DNA from: an uncultured bacterium
Lineage (GTDB): Bacteria > Krumholzibacteriota > Krumholzibacteriia > Krumholzibacteriales > Krumholzibacteriaceae
DNA: 32,184 nucleotides
Reading direction: 5' to 3'
NCBI GenBank assembly: GCA_965371515.1
Contig: CBDUYR010000029.1
Coordinates: 1 to 32,184 of the forward strand
Positions 16,792 through 25,556 of the stretch are shown here, in pieces (position 1 is the stretch's first letter; the number at the start of each line of letters is the position of its first letter). The position numbers and the translations under genes were made by a program. The notes beneath the pieces are model-generated. The model did not search any database. It saw only the letters and a program-made list of their open reading frames with translations, and was not told where the DNA came from.

Positions 16792-18324
16792 ATGGAAACA
16801 CTAAAGACTTTATCATACGATTATGAAGCAGCCGGACGAAAGATCGTCTCGATCCCGTCCGAACTGGTTTTCCACGACCATCTCGAGGAGCTCCAGAGGA
16901 TCCGCGACGTGGAGCGGCGGCGCAAGAAGCTTACCGCGATAGCCGAAATCGGAAACATCTACAGGGTTGCCTCCGGACTCTCGTCTCAGCTTGTCATATC
17001 GGATTTTCCGCATCTCGATCTCCTGACGATCGTCTCGATGGCTGCATCAGGCGATCCGGCAGGGATAAAGCTGCTCTATGCCTCGATGCTGGCCGTTCAG
17101 CCTGTTGCGGTGATGATCGGCAAGATGGCCGATTTCCGCAATATCAACCGGGTGATGGACAGGATCGAGAGGAAGAAGGAAGCACACGCCGGGTTGAGTG
17201 AGGCAGAGGGATGGTTCAGTAAAAAGGTCATGCTGCTTTCGCCAGCGAAGAAGTTACCCGATACTACCGAGTACGATGCCGAGAGACCGTGGCGTTCCTG
17301 GAGCGAGGGAGTCCGCAGGGCGCTGGCCGAAGCCGACGACAGGTGGGATGAAGCGGTGTGCGAAAGGGCGAAGGTCGAGATCGAAGCTCTCGACATGAAG
17401 ATAAGAAATATCGTTGCATCGCTCGATCCCGACAGACGGGTCGCCGTAGCGATCTACCTCGGGTCGCTAAGCGAGGAGAACAGCTTCAAGATGCAGGCGA
17501 TAAGCGAATCGATCGGCGAGAGCCGGTCAGATCCGCTGATCCTGCGGCGCGGTCTCGAGAATGTCTGGGAGAACGTGATCGCCTCATTGCAGGAGACCAG
17601 GGCCGGTTCCCTTCTCGTGGAGATGTTCGAGGCGCAGGCGAAGAAGACGCATACATGGCCGCAGCTCAAAGCTGGCGCTTCGCTGATCAGGTCGCTCAAC
17701 ATGCATCCCGAAATACGGAAGGTCAGCGGGGCTGTCGATCTGCCGAGCTGCCTCTACCAGTTCATCACATGCGCAGGTGATGGAATGTTCGAGGCGATGG
17801 TCCCGAAGGGGACCAGGTTAGACGCGCTTAAAGGCTCCTCGGGGTTCGAGCTGGAAGGTGAGGTCCTCAGAGTAGACCTTGCGAGGATCTCCAGGGGAAC
17901 ATTCGTCGACGAGGAAGGCCTCCCGATCAACGTTGACTGGACCCTCGCCACGCTCGACAAGGGACTGAGCTACAGGAGCCTCGTTCTCTGCTACATGGAC
18001 AACGACACCTTCCTCGTCGAGCTGCTCAACAATCCCAAAGTGAGCGCTAAGCCGGGCGTTGTGGAACTGATCTCGCTGAGATGCCGTTCACTCAGGGTCC
18101 TCTCGCTCGTCGCCTCTCGCAGGGAACTGTTCACCGGGTTCGCGAACAAGAACGTTCCGCTGAACATGCTGATGAATCCGTCGAAGGTCCCCCTGACATT
18201 GCTCAGGAAATTCGTCCATGTCAGGTATGTCGATAAGATGACTCTCAACAGGCTAACCGGCCGTGGTGGAAACATACGCCATGATGTGAGGCGGGAGATC
18301 CAGCGATACCTCGACTCGAAATGA
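16792..18324 (+). CDS. Hypothetical cytoplasmic, mostly helical protein
   Basis: Long ORF with host-like codon usage and probable ATG at 16792. The C-terminal LLNNP..LMNPSKVP pattern is helical-repeat-like. No family recognised with confidence. Confidence 0.75.
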   Translation: METLKTLSYDYEAAGRKIVSIPSELVFHDHLEELQRIRDVERRRKKLTAIAEIGNIYRVASGLSSQLVISDFPHLDLLTIVSMAASGDPAGIKLLYASMLAVQPVAVMIGKMADFRNINRVMDRIERKKEAHAGLSEAEGWFSKKVMLLSPAKKLPDTTEYDAERPWRSWSEGVRRALAEADDRWDEAVCERAKVEIEALDMKIRNIVASLDPDRRVAVAIYLGSLSEENSFKMQAISESIGESRSDPLILRRGLENVWENVIASLQETRAGSLLVEMFEAQAKKTHTWPQLKAGASLIRSLNMHPEIRKVSGAVDLPSCLYQFITCAGDGMFEAMVPKGTRLDALKGSSGFELEGEVLRVDLARISRGTFVDEEGLPINVDWTLATLDKGLSYRSLVLCYMDNDTFLVELLNNPKVSAKPGVVELISLRCRSLRVLSLVASRRELFTGFANKNVPLNMLMNPSKVPLTLLRKFVHVRYVDKMTLNRLTGRGGNIRHDVRREIQRYLDSK

Positions 18325-18425
18325 TCGTCCTCATAATATTCCCTTCATACAGCTTATTATTCAGAATGATTTCTCACTAGTATGTTCTAAAAGAGGGGAA
18401 TGTCGCTTTTATTGCCCTGCTGTTG

Positions 18426-18454
18426 TTGACAAACGGAACCACTGTGCCTAATAT
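18426..18454 (+). promoter_or_regulatory. Sigma70 promoter
   Basis: TTGACA-N17-TAATAT in an AT-rich intergenic region. Confidence 0.7.
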
Positions 18455-18520
18455 CCGTATATTAATGAGGGAATAACACTGTATTTGTGGAGATCGAACC
18501 AATTCCATACAGGAGGAGAG

Positions 18521-19672
18521 ATGCTAGCAAGCAGGATGAGCAGGTTGGGGACCGAGACGGCTTTCGAGGTCCTGGCCCGCGCCAAGGCGATGGAAGCCAA
18601 GGGCCGCGATATTGTCCATCTCGAGATCGGCGAACCCGATTTCGATACACCCGCCAACATTCGCGAAGCAGCGAAAAAGGCTATCGATGATGGATTCACA
18701 CACTATGGACCCTCGGCGGGAATGCCCAATACCCGCGAGGTCTTCGCCGAGTTCCTCACGAAGGACCGCGGCATCGAGGTCAAGCCCGAGAACATCGTCG
18801 TCACTCCCGGCGCCAAGCCGATCCTCTTCTTCTCGATCCTCGCACTGGTCGACAAGGGCGACGAAGTCATCTATCCCAATCCGGGATTCCCGATCTACGA
18901 ATCGGTCATCAACTTCGTCGGCGCGAAGCCGGTGCCGGTCCCGTTGAGGGAGGAGAAGGCGTTCTCCTTCGATCTCAATGAGATGCGCGAGCTGGTCAAC
19001 GACAAGACGAAGCTGATAATCATCAACTCCCCGCAGAACCCGACCGGCGGCGTCCTCACTCCGGAGGACATGAAGGGAATTGCCGAACTGGCCGAAAAGC
19101 ACGATGCGTGGATCCTCAGCGACGAGGTCTACAGCAAGATGGTCTACGAGGGAAAGCACGTCAGCATCTACGACTATCCCGAGGTTCAGGACAGGGTGAT
19201 TCTTCTCGAGGGTCACTCGAAGACGTATGCCATGACTGGCTGGAGGCTAGGCTATGCCGCAATGCCGGTCGAACTTGCGAACCAGATCTCGAAGCTTCAG
19301 ACGAACAGCAACTCGTGCACGGCGGCGTTCACCCAGGTCGCAGGCGTCGAGGCTCTCACCGGACCGCAGGATGAATCGCTCAAGATGATGGCCGAGTTCA
19401 AGGCGAGAAGAGACCTGATCGTCGACGGCCTGAACGAGATCCCCGGCTTCAAGTGTCTCAGACCCAAGGGGGCCTTCTACGTCTTCCCGAACATCACGGG
19501 AACGGGGAAAAAGTCGAAGGAGATCGAGGAGTTCCTGCTCGAGGAGGCCGGTGTTGCAGGCCTCAGCGGCACGAGCTTCGGTAAGTACGGGGAGGGGTAC
19601 CTGAGATTCTCATACGCAAACTCGCAGGAGAACCTCAGAAAGGCCCTCGAGATGATCAAAAAGGTCATCTGA
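18521..19672 (+). CDS. PLP-dependent class I/II aminotransferase (aspartate aminotransferase family)
   Basis: Motifs IGEPDF, NSPQNPTG, SDEVY, SKTYAMTGWRLG (PLP lysine), GAFY and LRFSYA. ATG 18521 follows AGGAGG. Confidence 0.95.
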   Translation: MLASRMSRLGTETAFEVLARAKAMEAKGRDIVHLEIGEPDFDTPANIREAAKKAIDDGFTHYGPSAGMPNTREVFAEFLTKDRGIEVKPENIVVTPGAKPILFFSILALVDKGDEVIYPNPGFPIYESVINFVGAKPVPVPLREEKAFSFDLNEMRELVNDKTKLIIINSPQNPTGGVLTPEDMKGIAELAEKHDAWILSDEVYSKMVYEGKHVSIYDYPEVQDRVILLEGHSKTYAMTGWRLGYAAMPVELANQISKLQTNSNSCTAAFTQVAGVEALTGPQDESLKMMAEFKARRDLIVDGLNEIPGFKCLRPKGAFYVFPNITGTGKKSKEIEEFLLEEAGVAGLSGTSFGKYGEGYLRFSYANSQENLRKALEMIKKVI

Positions 19673-19692
19673 CAATTTGATATATTGCGATC

Positions 19693-19725
19693 ACCCCTGG
19701 CGGAGACACTCCTCCGTCGGGGGGT
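19693..19725 (+). other. Intergenic GC-rich stem-loop
   Basis: ACCCCTGGCGGAG pairs with CTCCGTCGGGGGGT using G-U wobbles. There is no strong T tract. Confidence 0.5.
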
Positions 19726-19745
19726 ATCGTTTCTGGAGGTAATCC

Positions 19746-20699
19746 TTGGCTGGAGAAATCGATGTGGTGGCCCTCGGCGGAAACGCGATAATCCCGTCCG
19801 GCGGAAAGGGAACGATAGAGGAGCAGAGAGAAGTCACTACCGGCTCGATGGAGCAAGTGGCCGACCTTATCGAGTCGGGCAGAAGAGTGATAATCACTCA
19901 TGGAAACGGCCCGATCGTGGGGAACATCCTCGAGCGGAACGAAGCGGCCAAGGACAGGATACCGCCGATGCCGCTCGACATATGCGGAGCAGACTCCCAG
20001 GGCGGGATCGGATACATGATCCAGCAGATACTGGGAAATGTGCTGCGCCGCAGGGGGATCGACAACCCGGTTGTCTCGATAGTGTCCCAGGTCGTTGTCT
20101 CGGAGGATGATGACGCGTTCCAGGACCCGACCAAACCGATAGGCCCTTACTATACCCTCGACGAATCGAAGGAACTGGAAGGGTCGAAGGGCTGGATAAT
20201 GAAGGAAGACGAAGGTGGAAAGGGATACCGAAGAGTCGTTCCGAGCCCGACCCCGCGTGAGATAGTGGAAGCAAGCGTCATCTCGAATCTTCTATCGCAG
20301 GGAGTGGTGGTGATCGCCGTCGGTGGGGGCGGTATACCAGTGGTCCGCAGGGACGGGAAGCTCGAGGGCATCGATGCTGTCATCGACAAGGACAGGGCCG
20401 CGGCGACGCTTGCATCCGGTATCGGTGCGGAGAAGTTGATAATCCTCACGAATATCGAACAGGTATACGTCGATTTCGGAAAGCCGGAACAGAAGGGACT
20501 CGGGAAGATCGAGGTCTCCGAGATACGGAGACTTTACGAGGCCTACGAGTTCCCCGCCGGCAGCATGGGGCCGAAGATCAGGGCCGCAATAGATTTTGTC
20601 GAGGCCGGTGGGCAGGCGGCGATCATTACGCACGCCGCGACCCTCAGGCAAGCGGTCGAGGGTGAAGTCGGCACCCATATAGTCCCCGACGGCGCCTGA
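19746..20699 (+). CDS. arcC: Carbamate kinase
   Basis: Motifs VVALGGNA, THGNGP, SQGGIGY, PTKPIGP, RRVVPSP, GGGGIPV, AVIDKD and GSMGPK. TTG start after GGAGG. Confidence 0.96.
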   Translation: MAGEIDVVALGGNAIIPSGGKGTIEEQREVTTGSMEQVADLIESGRRVIITHGNGPIVGNILERNEAAKDRIPPMPLDICGADSQGGIGYMIQQILGNVLRRRGIDNPVVSIVSQVVVSEDDDAFQDPTKPIGPYYTLDESKELEGSKGWIMKEDEGGKGYRRVVPSPTPREIVEASVISNLLSQGVVVIAVGGGGIPVVRRDGKLEGIDAVIDKDRAAATLASGIGAEKLIILTNIEQVYVDFGKPEQKGLGKIEVSEIRRLYEAYEFPAGSMGPKIRAAIDFVEAGGQAAIITHAATLRQAVEGEVGTHIVPDGA

Positions 20700-20711
20700 T
20701 CCCGGCGTCAA

Positions 20712-21998
20712 ATGAACATGAATTCGATCGTACTTCCCTACGAAGACTCGGTGATCGAAGTCCCCTTCCCCATGGGACCTGCGCCGGAAATCGCCGGACG
20801 TACATTTCCTGATCCTCTTTCCAATACATCGCTGTCGGTCAAACAGGCACTCGAGAAGCCTGAAGGATGCAGGCCGCTTGCTGATCTCATCCCCTCTTCG
20901 GGGCGTGTCGCTGTCCTCGTATCAGACCTGACGAGAGGCAGAACGGCGGCGGCGATCCTCGTCCCTGCCCTCGAATATCTCGAGAGACACGGAGCGGGAT
21001 CTGAGAGGACCACCATCTACATCGCTGGCGGCATGCACCGGGGCCAGTCATCCGACGAGATAGAGATGCAGCTCGGGACAGCGGTCGCCGGCAGGTACGG
21101 CATCGTCCAGCACGACGCTCGCGATGCCTCCTCGCTCGTCGAGGCGGGTGTGACTTCGCGAGGCACGAGATGCCTGTTCAACAGGGACGTAGCGGAATCG
21201 GCGCTGGTCGTCGGCGTCGGCGCAGTGACGTTTCATTACTTTGCCGGGTTCGGGGGTGGGAGGAAGTTGATTCTGCCGGGTATCTCGGGTGAGAAAACGA
21301 TCCTGGCCAATCACAGGCGATCGCTGCGTGAAGATCCTGCCGAAGGGCTCTCCGACGGGTGCGAGCCCGGAGTCCTCGACGGCAATCCCGTTCACGAGGA
21401 TATGATCGAGGGAGCTTCGATGCTCCCCGCGCCGGTCTTCATGTTATATGCGGTCGCCGGAGTGGAAGGGGAGCCGGCTTTCGTCTGTGCCGGTGATATG
21501 GATGCGGCGCACCGCGTAGCGGCGGCGAAGCTCCGGGAGGAATACATCCTGCCCCTGGACAGCCGCCGGATGGTCGTGATCGCATCGGCCGGGGGCTATC
21601 CGAAAGACATCAATCTGCTCCAGGCCCACAAGGCGATCAGGCACGCATCGCTCGCCGTCCAGGACGGGGGTCTTCTGCTCATGGCGGCGGCCTGTCCCGA
21701 GGGCATCGGCTCTGACTCGCTCGAGGACGATTTTTCGGATGGCAGGGAGAATGTGCCCTCGAGGATCTCGAGACGCTATACGCTCAACTCTCAGGCTGCG
21801 ATGTCGATTCACGAAATAACGGGGAGGATAGAGGTCAGGGTCCTCTCCGAATTGCCAACTGAGACCCTCGGGAGGTTCGGATTCGGCTCCTGGAGAGTCG
21901 AGGAAACTGTTTCCCTGCTCGAAGGCCTGCCGTCAGGAGGGATACTCGCCATTCCTGATGCAGCTTCATTTCTTCCTGTAATCGAACAGGTTATGTAA
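20712..21998 (+). CDS. larA: Nickel-pincer-dependent lactate racemase family protein (2-hydroxyacid racemase/epimerase)
   Basis: Motifs SDLTR, GMHR, HYFAGFGGGRKLILPG, NPVHEDM, GGYPKDINL and ACPEG. Confidence 0.88.
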   Translation: MNMNSIVLPYEDSVIEVPFPMGPAPEIAGRTFPDPLSNTSLSVKQALEKPEGCRPLADLIPSSGRVAVLVSDLTRGRTAAAILVPALEYLERHGAGSERTTIYIAGGMHRGQSSDEIEMQLGTAVAGRYGIVQHDARDASSLVEAGVTSRGTRCLFNRDVAESALVVGVGAVTFHYFAGFGGGRKLILPGISGEKTILANHRRSLREDPAEGLSDGCEPGVLDGNPVHEDMIEGASMLPAPVFMLYAVAGVEGEPAFVCAGDMDAAHRVAAAKLREEYILPLDSRRMVVIASAGGYPKDINLLQAHKAIRHASLAVQDGGLLLMAAACPEGIGSDSLEDDFSDGRENVPSRISRRYTLNSQAAMSIHEITGRIEVRVLSELPTETLGRFGFGSWRVEETVSLLEGLPSGGILAIPDAASFLPVIEQVM

Positions 21999-22011
21999 CG
22001 GTGGAAATCTC

Positions 22012-22040
22012 TTCACATCGGCCGGCTCGGCGTGTAAAAT
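22012..22040 (+). promoter_or_regulatory. Putative sigma70 promoter
   Basis: TTCACA-N17-TAAAAT. Confidence 0.55.
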
Positions 22041-22085
22041 ACTACCACTATTGTAAGGTATTCTCATACGCTCAGGGAGGTTGAC

Positions 22086-23300
22086 ATGTCCGAGAAGAAA
22101 AGCAATCTGTCGCGAAGGGATTTCATAACGGCGACTGCCGCCGGTATTGTCGGCGCCGGGCTTGCCTCGATGCCGGGAAGGAAGGTGCTGGCCGGGGAGA
22201 AGGAGAAGGCGGATGGCAGGATTATCACGAGAAAACTCGGCAGGACCGGCCTCGAACTCCCGATCGTCAGCATGGGAGCCCTCAACATCGACAGCCCCGG
22301 TATCCTCCTGGCCGCCTACGACAAGGGCGTGCGGCACATCGACACGGCATCGGGTTACCATTCGGGCCGCAATGAGGAAATCGTCGGCGAGATAGTCAAG
22401 AAAGAGGGTATCAGAAAAGATCTTGTCATCGGCACGAAGATCTTCGTGCCGAACCAGAGAAAAGGTCTCGATCCCGAGAAGGTCCCGGCGAAGATGATGA
22501 AGTACACCGATGACAGCCTCGAACGTCTCCAGATGGATCACGTCGACATAATGTACATCCACGTGACCAAGAGCGCCGATGAGATCAACGATGAGGCGAT
22601 GATCGAAGGGATGAAGCAGATAAAGAAATCCGGCAAGGCGAGATTCATCGGCGTCTCGACTCACGAGAACATGACAGAGGTTCTAAACGCCGTAGCGGCG
22701 GGCGGGGTCTACGACGTGGTGCTGCATACGATCAACTTCACACTGGCCGATGACGCCGAATTCATGAAAGCGGTAAAGAACGCCCATGGGAAAGGCGTTG
22801 GCCTGATCGCTATGAAGACTCAGGCAGGTGGCAAGCTTATCAAGGACGACGAGGAGGCGCTGAAGACATATTCAGAGGGGACTATCGCCGCGGCAGCGCT
22901 GAAGTGGGTCCTCTCGAACGAGGAGATCACGACGGCGATCCCGAGCTACAAGACGTTCGAGATCATGGAGCAGGACATTGCTGTCGGGTACGATCTCACC
23001 CTCAGCGCGGATGAGAAAAAGTTCCTCTCGGAGAAACTCGAGACGCTGAAGACAGGCATGGGTTTCTGCCGCCAGTGCCACATCTGCAGCAGCACCTGTC
23101 CAGATGGAGCCGACATCGCTTCACTGATGAGGACGCATATGTACGCGGCAAGATATTCCGATTTCCACATGGCCCGAACGACGATCGACGAGATCGGGGG
23201 TATCTCTGGCTGTGTCGCGTGCGGAACGTGCAGTGCAAGATGCGCTCACGGCGTGGATATCGGGAGAAACATCGAAGACCTGAAACTGATCTACGCGTAG
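22086..23300 (+). CDS. Tat-signal aldo/keto reductase with C-terminal 2x[4Fe-4S] domain (paralog 1)
   Basis: Tat motif SRRDFI. AKR motifs RKLGRTG, DTASGY, GTK, MYIH, GVSTH and IAMK. Cys motifs CRQCHICSSTCP and CVACGTCSARC. Confidence 0.92.
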   Translation: MSEKKSNLSRRDFITATAAGIVGAGLASMPGRKVLAGEKEKADGRIITRKLGRTGLELPIVSMGALNIDSPGILLAAYDKGVRHIDTASGYHSGRNEEIVGEIVKKEGIRKDLVIGTKIFVPNQRKGLDPEKVPAKMMKYTDDSLERLQMDHVDIMYIHVTKSADEINDEAMIEGMKQIKKSGKARFIGVSTHENMTEVLNAVAAGGVYDVVLHTINFTLADDAEFMKAVKNAHGKGVGLIAMKTQAGGKLIKDDEEALKTYSEGTIAAAALKWVLSNEEITTAIPSYKTFEIMEQDIAVGYDLTLSADEKKFLSEKLETLKTGMGFCRQCHICSSTCPDGADIASLMRTHMYAARYSDFHMARTTIDEIGGISGCVACGTCSARCAHGVDIGRNIEDLKLIYA

Positions 23301-23324
23301 AGTCAGTCGAAAGGACAGAAGGAC

Positions 23325-23357
23325 AGCCGGCCCGCGCGAAATGCGGGCCGGCTTTTA
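23325..23357 (+). terminator. Intrinsic terminator between convergent genes
   Basis: AGCCGGCCCGC...GCGGGCCGGCT 11-bp stem followed by a short T run. Confidence 0.75.
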
Positions 23358-24131
23358 TATATTCATCCTGAGAGAGAGGCAGGAGAGCCCGCCGTCCATC
23401 TTTCGGAATTCCGACATGTCGAGCTCGACGATCTGGAGGCCCGTGCATGCGAGTAAGTCGCGCGTCCTCGGGAAGCCGGAGGGAAATAGTATCCGTCCAT
23501 TGACAGGGATGCAGTTTGCGCAGTATTCCTCGCCGTCGGCGACGGAGATGATATCCAGGCCGGCGAGGGATTCGATGCCGGCAGTCGAACCGTCGGCCAG
23601 GACGATGCCGTTGCCTAGATAGCTGACACCGGATTTGAGGTGGAGGCCGCCAGCGACCGGAACGGTCCCGCAGGAGAATCCGTCGCGTTCAAAAAATCCG
23701 CAGAGCTGCCTGGCGCCTTCGGCATCGGTCCTCTCCGAGAGGCCGATGAGGATACGGTCGTCGATCTCGAGTACGTCGCCTCCGTCGATTCTGCCTGGAG
23801 AGGCAATCCTGTCGATCTCGAGGTAACGGGACAGGACCGGCTCGATCAGTTCAGCCTCGAGGAGGCGTGACGGATGGCCCGGCCGGGTGATTACGGCACA
23901 GCCGCCGGCGATGACCGCCGTATCCTCGACGAACGTAGAGTCGGGGAATTCTTCAACGGCATCGAGAAGGATCACCTCGACTCCGCACGAGCGGAGTGCC
24001 TCGCAGTAGGCCTCGTGCTGAACGGAGACCAGCTCCGGTTCAGGGCTGCCGAGCCCGGCTGAAGTTATCCCGCCGCCGAACGACAGCGAGGGCCGTCTCG
24101 CGATCACCTTTGTAAATATCCCGCTTTTCAT
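23355..24131 (-). CDS. ddaH: N(G),N(G)-dimethylarginine dimethylaminohydrolase (amidinotransferase/pentein family)
   Basis: Motifs FPDSTFVED, PGHPSR, DGGD, LHLKS and DGGLSCLS (catalytic Cys). GGAGG RBS on the minus strand. Confidence 0.9.
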   Translation of the reverse strand: MKSGIFTKVIARRPSLSFGGGITSAGLGSPEPELVSVQHEAYCEALRSCGVEVILLDAVEEFPDSTFVEDTAVIAGGCAVITRPGHPSRLLEAELIEPVLSRYLEIDRIASPGRIDGGDVLEIDDRILIGLSERTDAEGARQLCGFFERDGFSCGTVPVAGGLHLKSGVSYLGNGIVLADGSTAGIESLAGLDIISVADGEEYCANCIPVNGRILFPSGFPRTRDLLACTGLQIVELDMSEFRKMDGGLSCLSLRMNI

Positions 24132-24231
24132 CAGTTACCTCCACCAGGATTTTGCATAAACATAAAGTCTGTTTTGATGTATACTCCACTGCAGGGTGGA
24201 TTCAATAAATCTTTCGGCAAGGGAGGCGATC

Positions 24232-25455
24232 ATGGATAAGAAAAAGAGCGGCCTTACAAGACGGGGATTTATCACCGCAGCCGCAAGTGGCCTTGTCGGA
24301 GCCGGAATTGCCGGCCTTGCCCATGCCGGTCCGGCTCAGGAGAAGAAGGAAGAGGAGGGTCAGAAGAAGGGGAGGATCATAACACGCAAGCTCGGAAAGA
24401 CGGGGATCGAGATCCCTATTGTGAGTATGGGCGTGATGAACGCGAACAATCCCGAAGTCGTAAGGGCATCGTACGAGATGGGCGTCAGGCATTTTGACAC
24501 GGCTGCCTACTATATGGGCGGCAAGAACGAGAGAATGGTCGGCGAGGTCATCAAGGAGATGGGTGTGAGGGACGAAGTTGTCATCGCCACGAAGATATAC
24601 ACGCCGAATATGCGCGCGGGAGACACAGCAGACGAGACGCGCAGAAAGATACGTATCCAGATCGACGAATGTCTTCAGAGGCTGCAGATGAATCATGTGG
24701 ACATCCTCTACGTGCATGTCGTCGACTCTGCCGAATTTACGAGGAACGAAGCGGTCCATGATGCGATGGAGGAGATCCGCGCGAGCGGGAGGGCGAGGTT
24801 TACCGGCGTCTCCACTCACAAAAATATGCCTGAAGTGATCGACGCGGTCACGGAGACGGGCTGGTACGACGTGGTCCTGACCGCGATCAACATGACGATG
24901 GCAGATTACAGAGAACTGAATACCTCGATCGAGAAAGCCGCCGCGAAGGGTGTCGGGATCATCGCGATGAAGACACAGGTCGGAGGCAGACGCTTCCAGC
25001 TGCCTGAAGGCATAGTCGATTATGACAGCACTACGATCAACCAGGCCGCGCTCAGGTGGGTGATGAGGAACGAGAACATCACCACGGCGATCCCCGGGTA
25101 CACGACGTTCGAGCACATGAGGGAAGATTTCGATATCGCGTACAACCTCGAGTTCAACGAGAAGGAGAAATGCCTTCTCGGCGATTGCAAACTCAAGGTC
25201 GGGATGGGTTACTGCAGGCAGTGCGATCTCTGCCTGGGCGAATGCCCGGCGGGCGTCGATGTTCCGACCCTGATGAGAACGCACATGTATGCGGCGCAGT
25301 ACGCCAACTTCCATCATGCCAGGGCGACCCTCGATGAGATAGAGGCGGGAAGGGGCCTCGAAGTATGTTCCGGATGCGGAAAATGCATCGTCAGCTGTCC
25401 CCATTCAGTGGACGTGGCAGCGAATATCGAGGAACTCAAGCTCATCTATGCGTGA
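24232..25455 (+). CDS. Tat-signal aldo/keto reductase with C-terminal 2x[4Fe-4S] domain (paralog 2)
   Basis: Tat motif TRRGFI, DTAAYY, ATK, LYVH, CRQCDLCLGECP and CSGCGKCIVSCP. ATG 24232 follows GGGAGG. Confidence 0.92.
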   Translation: MDKKKSGLTRRGFITAAASGLVGAGIAGLAHAGPAQEKKEEEGQKKGRIITRKLGKTGIEIPIVSMGVMNANNPEVVRASYEMGVRHFDTAAYYMGGKNERMVGEVIKEMGVRDEVVIATKIYTPNMRAGDTADETRRKIRIQIDECLQRLQMNHVDILYVHVVDSAEFTRNEAVHDAMEEIRASGRARFTGVSTHKNMPEVIDAVTETGWYDVVLTAINMTMADYRELNTSIEKAAAKGVGIIAMKTQVGGRRFQLPEGIVDYDSTTINQAALRWVMRNENITTAIPGYTTFEHMREDFDIAYNLEFNEKEKCLLGDCKLKVGMGYCRQCDLCLGECPAGVDVPTLMRTHMYAAQYANFHHARATLDEIEAGRGLEVCSGCGKCIVSCPHSVDVAANIEELKLIYA

Positions 25456-25556
25456 CGCCCCGGCGCTGTTATGATACTTTCTTTTTACCGGCACTCCTCG
25501 CCGTGCCGGACCCAATGAGCAACTGTATATCCGTATGAGCGAAGGAGAATGCAGGG

